From NCBI RefSeq assembly GCF_006345805.1, contig NC_042997.1:164424001-164488000 (forward strand): DNA of 64,000 bases, in the 5' to 3' direction. A program made the position numbers and the translations under genes. Below the pieces are notes generated by a model. It ran no database searches. It was not told the origin of the DNA and saw nothing but the letters and a program-made list of their open reading frames with translations. The stretch comes from Octopus sinensis. Taxonomy: Eukaryota. Below, one piece after another: positions 36,290-51,129 of this stretch; the stretch's first letter is position 1, and each line of letters starts with the position of its first letter.

Positions 36290-37571
36290 TTAAAATTAAA
36301 ATAATAATAATTTCGTTTAATAATACAATAGACAATTGTAAATAATTTGAACAGAAAATTATGAAAAAAAATACCCCAACTATTTCAAATTTTTAAGCAA
36401 ACATTTTAAGGAATATGTTTTGTGTGTGATGTAGTAATGATGATGGTGGTGGTTGAAAGAGCAGTGGTAATAGTAAAGAGTTTAGACTTTGAGAGAAAAT
36501 GGAAGCACTAGATGAGTAAAAAGAGAAACATGAGCCTAACTGTTAAATTATCTAATTAGTGCTCTACTTTGTTATATGGCATTCAGTTTGCATCCTCAAA
36601 AGTAATCTTGCCATTTTCAAGTGGACATGAAAATGGCTATACAAGAATTCCAATTGCCACTTGACATTTACAGAAGAGATTACTGGCCACCTCTTTGATA
36701 GCTTGGAAAGTGCTGCCATTTTCTATGTAACATCAGCTTTCCACAGTAAAGTGAGCTTGGATAATGGTAAATCAATTAATATAGACAGAAACACACTGGG
36801 TATATTAAGCCATATCCAATTCAATAAAGTTTTAGCAACAACACCCATCAGTTAAATATGACCACAATTACAAGCAGTAAGGGAAAAATATATTTTGAAG
36901 CTCTAAAATAAACTAACCAACATGGAACAATGTCTAGATCAGATTTATAAAGATAAACTGTCAGCAGTTGCAGGTTGGAATCTTATATTTTTCCTAGAAT
37001 TTTATATAAATCAAATTTTATCTACTTGAAGACAATTCATTGTTTATATTTTTAAAGTGTTCAGACAATAGTGACTACAGTAGAAATCAAGTAGTTAAAT
37101 TTGAAACAGATTATTCAAAGATATTGTTAGGTCTCACATAAATTTCAGTTTTAATGTTAATAAAAATGATTGGCAAGTCTCTTCTTTCTTCGGATTATTT
37201 TGTGTAAGACATTTATACTTTACAAATAAGATACTAGTAATGTATGTAAAACAATGTCTTTATATCTACATGATCGGTTAAAGAAACTTGCCAATCACTC
37301 AAATTATTCTTATATATATATATGGATTATATTAAAGGTCAGTAGAAATTATGAAATAACTAAATTCTTTGAAAGAAAAATATAGGAATTTTATCATTAT
37401 GATGGTTAGTGGTATAAAATTGTAACCATAATCACAAGTCATGAGATATGATCAAATCTGCATTAATATAAATAATTTACAAATATATACATTTAGCTAA
37501 AAATTTATATTTTCACCAAACAGAATTAGTGACAAAAGAAACTTTTTAATTCAATCAACATTACAAGTAAG

Positions 37572-37795
37572 ATATACATACATATATACATACATACACA
37601 TACATATATACATACACATACAAATATATATATATATACATACATATATATATATATACATACATATATATATATATACACATACATATATATATATATA
37701 CACTACATATATATATATATACACATATACATATATATATATATTATACATACATACATATATATATATATACACATACATATATATATATATAT

Positions 37796-37848
<53 letters not shown>

Positions 37849-38151
37849 CATACATACATATATATATATATACACATACATATATATATATATACACATA
37901 CATATATATATATATATACATACATACATATATATATATATACACATACATATATATATATATATACATACATATACATATATATATATACATACATACA
38001 TACATACATACATATACATATATACATACATATGATTGATTGATTGATTGATTCCAGTTTCAGCTCATGAGCTGTGGCCATGCTGGGGCACCGCCATTTG
38101 GTGTTGCTACTTGGTTTCACTTCATGGAGGCTTTCTAGCAACTGCTATTTA

Positions 38152-38192
<41 letters not shown>

Positions 38193-39346
38193 ATACATAC
38201 ATACATATATATATACATACATACATATATATATATATACATACATATATATATATATACATACATATATAATATATATACATACATACATATATATATA
38301 CATACATACATATATATATATACATACATACATACATATATATATATATAATACATATATATATATTACATATATATATATATATACATACATATATTAT
38401 ACATATTATATATACATACATACTATACATATATATATATATATATATACATACATATATATATACATACATAATATATATATATATACATACATATAAT
38501 ATAATATAATACACATATATATACATACACATATATATACATACATACTATACATACATATATATATATACATACTATATATATATATACATACATATAC
38601 ATACATATATATATAATACATACATATATATATATATACATACATACTACATATATATATAATACATATATATATACATATATATACATATACATACATA
38701 TATATATATACATACATATACATACATATATATATATATACATACATATACATACATATATACATATACATACATATATATATATATATATATGTTATAT
38801 ACATATATATATATATATATGATTATATACATATATATATTATTAATATATTTATATATATATCATACATACATATATATAATATATATATACATACATA
38901 CATATATATTATATATGTATATACATATGTATATACATACATATATATATATATGTATATACATACATATATATATATGTATATACATACATATATATAT
39001 ATATGTATATACATACATATATATATGTATATATATACATATATATATATGTATATACATACATATATATATATGTATATACATACATATATATATATGT
39101 ATATACATACATATATATATATGTATATACATACATATATATATATGTATATACATACATATATATATATATATTACATACATATATATATATGTATATA
39201 CATACATATATATATATATATTACATACATATATATATATATATATACATATATATACATACATATACATACATATACATATACATACATATACATACAT
39301 ACACACACCACACACACACATACATACATATATATATATATATATA
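37572..39346. repeat. Very long (~1.8 kb) compound (TA)n/(TACA)n microsatellite, interrupted by a short SINE stub at about 38035-38150, with a ~22-24-bp higher-order array at about 38910-39200
   Basis: Directly visible. The higher-order unit is GTATATACATACATATATATATAT-like. Confidence 0.95.
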
Positions 39347-41856
39347 TTATAGAAAATGCTACAAATATGTAATATTTATTTAAAAAATTGGCCGAAGTTG
39401 CTTCTAAGTCGCAGCAGTATGAACAAATTAATATCACCTAAATTATTTCAATTGTACTTTTAATTACTTACTTAGCATTTAAGCTGGCCCAGATATTTTA
39501 CCTTTTTTTTATGTTCAAAAGGGCTCTTGGGACCAACCCTATTATGTCATTCTAAAAGTATACAACCACATCTTTAAAAAGCATGAAGCTTACAAGATAT
39601 TCCACGACTAATTGAAAATCATGTGAATAAATAAGAATTACATGTAATTTTTCCAAAACCGGACATGTCTATGTAAAATGGGTGGGGGTACTTTAATGCA
39701 CTACGACCCATTCCACCAAAATTCTATTCGGTAATGCAACAACTATACTTTGAAGCTGTAAATGACTTTCCTATTTTCTAATAATATTTGTCTGGCAATC
39801 CTGAACATTTAAAACTGTACAGTAACAAAGAATTAACTAAAATGTAAATGCTATAAATGTCGAATATGCAAGTCAGCATTTAAGCAGAGGCCTTGTGTAG
39901 CTTTCTCACAAGTTATAAAGAGGAGAATGCTAAGTAGCCTTTTTGTCTGCAAAACTATTAACTGCAGTAGATGTACAGACTATTTATTTAGTGAGTGAGG
40001 TGTACCAACCAGTAGGCTAGCTTCAACCAGAAATTCATCAAGGAAACCATGTTGAAGAACTATGATAAACACAGTAAACTTTAACCTCAAACAAATAATA
40101 GATTACCAATACTAGAAATTGACATTTTAACACAAAGAAGCTGGGTGGGAGCCTGACCTATCTAGACAATTAGTTTCTACCCCCATTTTTGCTGCAGTTT
40201 CCACTAAATCTAACTGCTGCAGATAAAAGGTCATACACCCAATCTATCAAAGTGACTGTAGTACAGACACAAAATGAGTATAAAAAGGTAAATACAAAAG
40301 GCTAAAATAGAGGAGGGGTATAACTAGCAACTTTTGATATAACTATCATTTTCAAAATAACCAGTTAAACAAGAACCAAAACATTTTTTTGTTATTACCT
40401 TATGACTTCTAAGAAGAGTTTATATGAATTTAAAATACATTATTGATTCTTAAACTAATTTTAAATTTTAGCCGAAAGCTGTCAGGTGTAAGAAAAGTTT
40501 GTTCAAATGTTTCGTTTATTTTTCACCTTTCTAAATACTTCAGACATAGGTGTAGGCATTTTTTTTCTTTTTTCAAAACATTTTTTTTGTAACTCTTGGC
40601 CCTTGACATCTCTTAGTAACTTCTGCCAATTATATACACACACACAAGTTTTGAGTTATATTTTCCCTCATTCCCTCATTGTATTAACATTGTATTAACA
40701 GATGTGTGTGTGTGTGTGTGTGATGTTCTCATGGATGAGAATGGTAGTTTTGTGGAACAAGATGTTAATCAGTGAAGCAGTTTTGTCAGATTAAACAGAG
40801 TAAGCTGAATTGTGTACTAAATATTCATTACAATGTTTAAATTCTGGCTGAGAAAACCAAGATCAAAGATATTTCAACCATGATCATCATCTCTTGACTA
40901 TATAACTAATTTTGTTCATGAGATATAAGGAGAGGTTTAACTGCTATTTCTAAAAGGTCAAAAGATCATGCAGAGGCCCCTTCATGGTGAGATTTGAACT
41001 TCCAACCATGTGGTGAGTAGTCTAGCATCTTTGCAGTTAACTTGTCTTGTAAACAATGTTTCAATAGCATCAAAATCACCATGCTCTTGACCTGGATTCA
41101 GTTTCAGAATAGAGCAATTATATTTTTCACTTCATATCAATGACATATACGGAAGTCCACTTTGCTCAGGATGTTAATATGTTTACATATATAAACTATT
41201 ATAAAAATCAGCAGTACAAATAATAATGCATATAGCCACTTATCAGAGTTGAAAGCATTTAAAAAGAAAGATGATTTTGTGTGTGGGTATATATATAGAT
41301 TCAGTTGAATTAGGTACTTAAGTTGAAGCACCAAAAATTAGGGCGGTATTATCTGTACAACTCAAAATAAGCAACAATATTGTTTAAAATCAATCACCTA
41401 TAGTACCCCACAATAAAATTTCCACTGTATTATTATCATTGGTTTTATTAGTGTCTTGCCCCTTTAACTGATAATTAGCATCATGATTAATCAGTTACTT
41501 TATACTACTTCAAAATAATCTAGACAAGTTTTATGACCATACCCACTATGTTCTGTCAACTCTCTCCTGCCCTTTCCTTACAGACACAATCCTCTAGTCC
41601 CTTAGATTTGGTATTAAAACTGAACCAAAATCCATTACAAGCTATGACCCCAACAAATCTTTTTCCTAATGTCTAGTAAATTCTAAGCTGAAGTGGTAGC
41701 AGCATAGTCTTTGTCTGTCTGCTAACTCTAGAGTATTTAAGTAAAATTATATTGTGTCCAACTGATTAAAAAATTGTTTATTTATGCAGCTGAGGATAGC
41801 CCTGCATTTAAATTGAGCCACTTGAAACAGTCATACTGCATCACCTCTGGACATCC

Positions 41857-41920
<64 letters not shown>

Positions 41921-44642
41921 TTATTGGTCTCAGTCTGAACTGTGACCATACAGGGGTATCCACATTCTAGAGTACAGCAGATAACATCAATCCCAATGTC
42001 CCAATACTTATTTTATTGATCTTAGAAAAATGAAGTCTTCCTAAGTAGGATTTGAGTCCACGATGTAAAGGAATATAATCAAATTGCAGGCTAAATTTTG
42101 TCCACTGCTCAATTGATTGTCACCTACCTAGTATTATATTTTGCAGTCAGATACAGTCAACAGTGTAACTAGGATTTACATCAGAGAAAGTCAATATTTG
42201 GCAGTCACAAAGTTAATGTCCCTAACAAATTTGGCTAGTTTTCCTATTATAATACTCCAACTTGTCACTCAAAGTAAATATCTAATATACTTTTAAGAAT
42301 TTTTTAAAATGGTAATGAAAAGCAATATATACTACATACACACATTTATATTAAATATATAGACAATTATTGATATATTTACAAGTAATGCAAAAAATAC
42401 AAAACATTTACTGAAATAAAAATATTCTAATTATATAACTTAAAAAGTAATGTCTTATTTGCACATATTTTTGGTTGTTTTTTAATAATTAATTTTGAAC
42501 TTAATTTCAAAACTATTCTTACAATCGAAGATGCAAATACATCAATATTATCAAAATTAGTGTTTGCTGTTTCCTCACATTTAATGGTGAACATGGTGAC
42601 AATCTACAGTCCCCACCACCACATCTGTTTTTGGCTTGGCTGTGCTTTCAAAATCAACTTCAACAGGCTGAAAGATAGTCCTCAGTAAGCAACTGGGACA
42701 TTATCAGAAAAGCTTCACTCAAATTAAAAACAGTATCTTGTTCAACCTAAAATTTCTCCATAAAGCTCAACTCCATCTATATCAATAACACACCTTAGTC
42801 AAATTGATAGAATGATTATTAACTTATTACAGAACTAGCTTTACAGTTTTCCTTAACTTCTATTGAATCAAGCAACCTTCAAACAGCATTTATCTTTTAC
42901 AAGTTGTTCCAAAATTATTTGCATCAAGTTTTCAGTATTTTTTGTTTCTGAATATGACTCATAAAAAAAAAAGTTTCCTCCTTAAACTCCATATCAGTAC
43001 AAGCTAATTTGGCCAGTTCTTGATGTGCTTGATTTGTAGTGATATCAAACAGGGCCAAAATAGCTGGCCTTATGAATGCTATGTAGCTATTTCTGGTGAA
43101 CAATACCAGCCATTAGCCAATACATTGATTTTACACTAATGGAGGTAAATATGGTATTCTTTCAGGTTCTTTTTCACATAACCAAGATGTTCTTTTGTGA
43201 CAGGTTCAGAGTCTGCCAACAATTTTAATACTCCTCTAAAATTTCCAAAATCATTTTCCTCTTGTTTATGGGATTCCTTGTGACCAAGCAATGCAATGTT
43301 TTGAGTTGCTTAAAATCTTTATGAAATAGAGAATCCTGTAGAGAATGTCTCACTAACACCACCACTAATGCAATTTGAACTTGAAGCTTCCTATCAATGA
43401 TTTCTCTTTTCTCTAAAATCTCACTATTTATCTCTCTCTTGAGTCAAGCAGTATCAATGATATGTTGCTTTTTCATGGATAATCTTTTCCTCATGATTTC
43501 CAATCCATTTTCTTGTTCCAATGAAGACATTAGTATTTCATGAAATAATAAATAACAAAAGCAAACTTGTAATTTCTTCTCTTGAGCCATCAGTGCCAAA
43601 CTTCTCTACATCCTTCCATTTACACCAACACCCATTCAGTAACATGCTTTAAGAGGAAAGGATTTTAAAAATACTTCTGAGTATATAGTTTGACATTATA
43701 ACAAACACCAAGAAACTTAGCCATGATGCCGATTAACACTTGGTTATATATGCTGTGCTATGTTTTTCTATTTCTCAATATTTGAGTTATTAGTACCTAC
43801 AGTCTCAAATACAGCTTCTGCTGTTTGTTGTAGGACATTTAATCCTTCTGATACACTCAGCAATACAATTAATGCTGATAAAATAGTAGACTGTTGAAGA
43901 AATGACACCATAAATCTATTGATTGTTTGTTGTCTGTTTCTTGCATTTTTTTTTTTTTTTTGGTTTCTTCCTGTCTTCTGTCTCAGTTTGATTTTCAGTA
44001 TTGGTAACATTCACTTTATGATCAAATTTTCCAAAAAACACATTCACAAAAGAACTGTTCAAATACCCACATTTTCAATGCGAGTAATTGTTGCTGATGA
44101 TTTTGTGAAACCAGTATATAGAATAGTTACATTTTTTTTTTTTAAGTTGCACATGTAATACAGGAATGGGGGAAGGAGAGGGTGAAAATATAAAATTTTT
44201 GTAATTCAGTTAAAATTAAAGAAAAATACTTCGAAACAAAATATAATTTTTTAAACACAAAAACAAAAAAGTTTTAAAGGAAAACCTATTTAAAAAATTA
44301 TTAACTTTGAAAAATACTTGTTTTTTTTCCACAGATTTGAGTCTTAGTTTTATGACAAAGCTGCAGAATTCTCTTTCTGATTCTACACTTGTCAGCTTTT
44401 GCGAGAAGATCCTGCTTGAAAACTAATTTTAGAATTTCAACTGTGAGGGCAAAATGATAAAATTTAAAAAAAAATTTTTTTTAAATGTGTGTATGAGTGT
44501 GTGGCAAAGATGAATATTTATGAGGAGAGCAGTACACCGAATCTGTGCAGGTCTTTACCATCCTCAAAAAACGAATGCCCTATGAAACTCAGTTTAGGAA
44601 ACTGAAATAAGTCAACCACGTTTTGAAATGGAAATACTCACA

Positions 44643-44644
<2 letters not shown>

Positions 44645-44730
<86 letters not shown>

Positions 44731-44736
44731 GTGTGT
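44645..44736. repeat. Long (GT)n microsatellite
   Basis: About 76 bp of pure GT followed by GTAT variants. Confidence 0.97.
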
Positions 44737-46259
44737 AGATAGACAGATATACTTAAGTGCATGCATCCACTTACACACGTGTGCCTACTTAGCTCAGCAG
44801 CAGTTATAATGAATGATGATTAATTTTAAAATATAATGAAGAATAATGAATATGTACCAAAGCCTATGTACATATAAATAGGTATTTTTTAATTGGCAGA
44901 TATAAAAGTAGTTTCAACAATAGAAAATTTCAGTGTAAACAATATTAGTGACATTATTGACATTGTCATGATATACCTACAGCACCCTGTGTAGTTGCTG
45001 ACAGAGCAATATAGAACTGTCTTTATGCAAACAGACCTATAAAGAACAGTACTGTTTTATTCCATAATTTACTGACTTACAGTGCAAAAATCATCTTGAA
45101 CTGGAAAATGTTACCGGCTGAGGGTCAATGACAGAGAAGTATCAGGTCTTAGTTCAAGTCTTGGTACTGTTACATTTTCACTTCTCTAACAATGTGCAAT
45201 GTAGCCTTTAATTATGCATTTATGTAAATGGATTATTTTAATTTTTGTTCCATAGCAAAATCCATTTGGACTCTTTCAAGTTTGCAACAACCTCAACATC
45301 ATTTGGAAAATATCTTCACAATAGTATCTACTTGTTCCCTCTCTTTCACAATGAGAAGCAAAAGATCAGCTACTTTTGGTACTCAGGAGTCAGTGGTTAC
45401 ATCATCATCATTTAATGTTCGCCTTCTATACTGGCTTGGGTCGGACAGTTTGACAGGAGCTGGCCAGGCAGGAGCCTGCACCAGACTTCTGTGTCTGTTT
45501 GGCAGGGTTTTTACAGCTGGATGCCCAAATCATTTTGAAAATAAAAAAATAAATAAAAGCTCATAACTACATATACATTATAGCAGCTCTGCAAACTTTG
45601 AAACAGAAAGCTTTTGTTGACAATCACCTGGACAAGTCATCATCTTGCCACCAAGAGGAAAAATCATTTTGCAAAAAGTAATGAAATTTGATAGATAGCT
45701 CCTACCTCAGTATTTAAAATGATTCAAACAGATGAATCCACAGATTCAAATTATTTTTTGCCAGTTTGCTGCAAACAAAAAACCCTTGTCAAAAAAAAAA
45801 AAAAAAGAGAGAGGAGGGTGTGAGAATTATCTGAAAAGACATTTACTTTTAAAAAGAGTACTGCAAGTTGTCTTTGTGATACTACAGAAAGGTTTAGTAT
45901 ACTTGATACGAGTTAGAGACAGTGTTTGTAATAAGGACAGCACAAATTAATACCAGAAACTTTGCAGAAACATATTGGAATATTTTGCCATGTCAAATTT
46001 ACCTTATTCTGAAATGGTCAGCATTTGTATATGTGGAAGTCTTCACTTCTGCAGTTCAATAGTGTAAACTAAACCTTCCACTTTTTTAAGTACCAATTTC
46101 AAACTGAATACTCAGAAAACAAATTTGGTTAGTCCTATAGTTTTTGTTGTACTTGAAGCTCTGCAACAACTACATAACCATTAGGATTACATGTAAATGC
46201 AAGGAACCAATCGAGCTTCAGTAGCAATGAAGAATGCTCACTGGGTCCTTTCAAGGACA

Positions 46260-47130
46260 TTTTGTACAACCTAGAACCCCAGTGAAACAAGTTGGAAGTA
46301 CAAAATCTCTCTCATATTTGAACTATCACTCTGCACTTGGTGCATCATGTCTAAATAATTGTACAGTAAGTTCCTATTGATTCTTTTGAATCCAATGGAG
46401 TCACGTCCATCAACAACATCCTTCTAATTGAAACACTGTTCTGTACACATAATAATCTATCTGGCTAAAGTTTTGTACAATCACACACGTCTCTTCGGAA
46501 CAAATGAAGTGTAATGGAACATAGATGTGATTCAGTTGATCATGCTTGAATAAAACAGTTTCATGATCACAATTTCCACCCGTTCTAGGTAGGCCAACTG
46601 AATGTGAAATATCAATGTACATGCAAATCTGAGAAAATCTGGGCCACATTATGAATCAGATATAATGTGCAAGAGAAGACTTCTCTGGTGTAGGCTTGTA
46701 AAGTTTATGGATGAGGACAGCTTTTGGGAAAAAAGTGTCAACTACTAACAAAGGATGGAATCCATGGAAGATGGTAATTCAGAAAGACATGGGATAAAAT
46801 AGTGCAGGCTGATCTCAGGATGTTGAGCTTTACAGGAGATGCCAAAGGACCCAGATGATTGGTGATATGCAGTATTCAAGAACATCTGCTAAAGATAAGC
46901 AAGCATGGCAAAATTAATGCTCTGAAGCTCAATGCACCAACTAGATTTTTCATTATGTCCTTGGCAAGTTTCCACTTTCTGTCACCTTCTATGACTCTTC
47001 TGCCGTAACTAATGAATGCAAAAACTAAGCCACCCTTCCAGTACCACTGGTTCTCTCTCTCTCTCTCTCTACAGAACCACCTCCTTTTGAAATCCACTCA
47101 CTGACATCCCCATTAATTTACCAACTGCAA
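46260..47130 (+). mobile_element. Highly degenerate RTE-type LINE 3' fragment, plus strand
   Basis: GGAAGATGGTAATTCAGAAAGACATGGGATAAAATAGTGCAGGCTGATCTCAGGATGTTGAGCTTTACAGGAGATG aligns to the GRGRPRKTWDEVVKHDLRTLGLTEEM region. Boundaries approximate. Confidence 0.6.
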
Positions 47131-47878
47131 CTCCAACCCTTATATAAATCTGACACCCTCTATCCCTGTTTCTAGTCATCTCCCACTATACCTCATACCT
47201 TTACCCCTCACCTCACTATCACTTTCATACCAACTGTATTTTCTGTTGCTGTAACTAATAAAGCAGAACCTGTAACTCCATCAACCTTTCTGTACTTGCC
47301 CAACATTCCTTCCTATCTCCTTCCCAGCTCATATTTACCAGACTACCCCCTACACTTGTTCACAATTTTCTACATTCACTCCTCAATACATCTAACCACT
47401 TTTACACCTATCTCAATCCATCTCTCACTCCCTACTCAATACTATTTATCCTTCCTGATTCTTTTATCTCCACTTTTTAATCTATACCACATCACTCGTA
47501 GATGTCAACTCCAGAGCAAATTTCCCTCCAGGCAGTGCAAGATGACATTGCAATATGTCAACTCTGAGATACATTTTGGCACCTCACCACAACAATCTTT
47601 ATCTCTTTCTGGTATCATTTCATCTACCTTCACTCACCCATATGAATTTCAACAATAAACCTGATTCTCCTATCTCTCTTCCAGTTCTGTAGTTGGCAAA
47701 GTTGTAAGGCAATCTTACTAGTACTGGTCCCATGAAAATAAGCACACAATACACTCTGTAAAGTAACTACAATGAGGAAGGGTGTCAGGCCACCAAAGTT
47801 ATGCCAAAATTTTCTCACCCACTTAATTCTGTTGAACTATACAACCCATGCAATTCATATATGTCTAAGTGTATTTGA

Positions 47879-47925
<47 letters not shown>

Positions 47926-48399
47926 TGCAGATAAAAATATTAAACAGGTTTTATGTATATGTCATCATTGTTTCAACATCTACATCTTCATGCTTGCATG
48001 GATTGGATGGAGTATATTGAGGCAGATTTTCTATAGTCAGATACCCTCACTCTTACCAAACCTCACTTTTTTCTAAGCAAAGAAATATTTCTGTCCATTA
48101 GAAAATATCTTGCTTGGACACAGGTAAAAGTTGGAACAGAAAATCTACCGTACACACACATATATATATATATATATATCTATCATCCATACACACTATA
48201 CAGATACATATGTAATGTTTGCCAATTTGATTTTTACATATTGCCACTTTCTCATTGCAAACAAACTTGCAGCTTAACATTCCTAGCATGTGACCGTAGA
48301 TGAACATCTTGCTCTGATATTGCTTTAAATTTTCCTAATAAAAATGATACATAATTTGGCCAAGATTCATACCAACTGCAACTTCATCTTTGTGCCTCC

Positions 48400-50300
48400 A
48401 CTCAAAATGCATTTTCAACTCACCAGTAGATAAGTACACCTTATGTACTTATCTATGCAATGACAGCAAAGTACAGCTTTGCTGTCATTACTGGAATTGT
48501 ATGCATACAAGCAATGACTATTGCTCTTCCAATAAGTAACTTTTGTGGATGACAAATCCAGCAATTCAAAGTGTAGTGATCTACAGACAAAGCAAACAAG
48601 ATAATGTTTGGATACTCTACAATGCAGTAATTCATCATTCTGTAGTTTTCCTGCATTACTTTTCACCATTTGATGAGCAATTTTTCAAACCCCAAGCTAT
48701 TGCTCCTCATTATAGACCATTATCTTCCTTTGTTCATAATGTGTTCCCAATAAACAGTGCTGATGTTGAAGGCCTGTAATTTGTTCTTGTAATATTATGA
48801 AATCTTATGGTTTGTGCTGAGAACACTTGCCAAAAAATCCTCCATAAAGTACTTGCTTTGGAAACTTGAAATCATCAAGATGCATGGCATGACTTATTCA
48901 CTGCATAAAAATATTTGAGGAGGTGAGCTTTCATACTGAAACAATCCACTTTTACTTGCACTTGTGTGTCAAGTGTAAAGATTTCTAACTCATGTTTAAT
49001 ATTTGCTTTAGACTCTTCTAGTAAAATGCCGTGAATATTTTGATGTGTTATCAGTATGGATCCAGGTCTCAGACAAATATGGCAGAGATAGGATTACATG
49101 TGTATTAAAGATGCTTGGTGGACAATTTCAAGTCCCTGTCTGGTAATAAGTGATGCTACTACGTCTCCACTGTAACTCAGTTAGTGTACTGTCAGTTCCT
49201 GAATAGATCTCTTTAACCTTAAACATTCAGTATGACATGAATCTGTCCAACAGAGCACATATCTGTCAGTTCTATAATGCCAGAATCTATCTGAAAATAT
49301 TCTTGTTTATATATACTTTTAAAGAAAGTAATGAACTCTAATTTAAGGAAGAAAATCATAATCTCTTCCTCTATCATTTCCTCATATTCTGTAATGTTTG
49401 CTATTAAAATTAAGGCTTGTGTTGCTTAACTTTTGAAATTTATTTACTTAAACCTTCATGCATATCTAGGTAAAATGTTTATGAAAGGAGTAAATTCAGA
49501 AAGATTATGTTTGTATGTCCATATCTGTTACTAATTGCATTTAATATATTACTAACATCTCTTTCGATCATTTCTTTTTTTTTAACCCTGAGTGAATCTG
49601 CCTTTTAGCTGCCAATTTTCATAAGCTAACCAGAAATATATATATAAGGAAATCCATTTTTAGATTTTTCAATCACTACAGGACTGAGTGTTTGACTGAA
49701 CATTTTCAACAGGATGTTTAAGTGTTAATTTTAACTTTGGCTATATTACTATTATTATTCACTTCCTCAATAACAGGATGCTGCAGGTCTTCAATAACTT
49801 TCCAATTTATTGTGGATGGATTGTGAAAAAGATCTGTGAAATGTTATGTCAATATCTTCAGAATACCTTCAGTGTCACTGATTAAAGTAGATCCATCTTT
49901 GGAATAGAGAGGAGCAGTAGTTTATTGGTGAGGACCAAACACCTGTTTTACATTATTCTGGAGATTTTTTTTTATCAAAAGCCAGTAAAATATTAATTGG
50001 ATATATAACTCTTCAATAATTTCTCTGCATTCAGATGTTACATTCAAGGTAAATTAGGTTTGTACAATTTCTAGCGTAATTCATGCTTGATGTCTAAGAG
50101 TTCCAACATTTCTGAGTTGTTTGCATGTTCTGAATGCCAAGATATTGGCAACAAGGGAATAATATTTTTTCTTCTAAGTGATTGTCAAAACTCAATCAAT
50201 GAATTTCCTAGCTTAGCAAAGATATTACGTTAGGTCACAAAGTTTGTCAGCATTTAGTCATTTACAACTTTCATGTTATTTGTCAAATTTTCCCTAACAA
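48400..50300 (-). mobile_element. Old RTE/BovB-like LINE remnant (different family)
   Basis: Broken minus-strand peptides TAPLYSKDGSTLISDTEGIL...HFTDLF, YLSETW and HAMHLDDFKFPKQVLYG...HKP resemble RTE ORF2 motifs (PLLSADGSTLL, YGSETW, GHVARM..RLPKQLLYG). Confidence 0.6.
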
Positions 50301-51129
50301 GCTTCAGATTTACTTACACTAGGCTGTAGACAACAAATGTCACATTTACATAATAAGACAATACTGTCCAAGAGTGGATCCAAAGACCCAACTCTGAACA
50401 TACCTGTTGCGGAAAATTCCTATCAATTTCAGCAAAATCTCTATATTTCACCTACCTATGCATGCGTGCACATACACACACACATATCTACACATGCGTG
50501 CACATGTGCGTGTTTGAGTCAGAGCACTGTGTCATGCTCCAATGTGTACTTTGGTATGGCTTCTATGGTTTAATTGCCCTTCCTAATATCAACCACTTTA
50601 CAGAGTATACTGAGTGTCTTTTGTGTGACTCCAGGACTAATGATGGCATCATGCAACTCACAAAACAAAAATTCCTTTCAAAGAACAGGTTTGTAGCTAT
50701 GAAGGGTCAACATGGCTACTTAGAAAATAGAAGAGATAGGAAGAGCAATCAGGGTAGCACTGAAAACAGATACAAGACAGTGGAAATAAGGTATCATGAT
50801 GGATCCTCAACATACAAAATGAATAGAAGTGGAGAGTGAACATGAAGTGCGGGTGCATAGAGGTTGCAAGAGTGTATGAATGAGTGAGAGAGAAATGAGT
50901 GGGAGGATGAGTATAACAAAGAACAAGGGTTCAAGGATATATATCAGAAGGAGAATGAGGAAAAGTAGATAACAGTAGAGAATGGGTAGGATTGAGGCAT
51001 GGATGCAGGGAATGGATTGATCTGCTCGCAGATGATGCATGTATATGTATAGATTTGGTGTACATTTATGTGTAAATGTGTATTCATATATATGGGTGTA
51101 TACACGCACACAAAGATATATGTATATGC

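Noticed and set aside
37551-39437. Many overlapping Y/I/M/V/C-rich ORFs (also 29538-29923, 17098-17413, 7286-7570)
   Set aside because: Translations of TA/TG microsatellites, which lack stop codons in several frames.
40955-40968. AGGTCA-AA-AGATCA imperfect DR2 (and other AGGTCA half-sites) as an RXR autoregulatory element
   Set aside because: Imperfect, lies within repeat-like sequence, and half-sites are expected by chance in 64 kb.
42550-43620. Possible additional ancient retroelement
   Set aside because: Only vague motif similarity; I could not assign family, strand or boundaries.
45080-45099. 20-nt micro-exon candidate TTTTCCAG|...|GTAAGT (similar 6-nt candidate at about 50317, 15-nt candidate at about 60190)
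   Set aside because: Frameshifting or stop-containing, with short or repeat-derived splice signals; expected by chance in 40 kb of AT-rich intron.
48180-48230. GKHY...CIVC peptide in ORF 48098-48307 as a possible RXR DBD exon
   Set aside because: The following residues do not match GVYSCEGCKGFFKR and run into a microsatellite.
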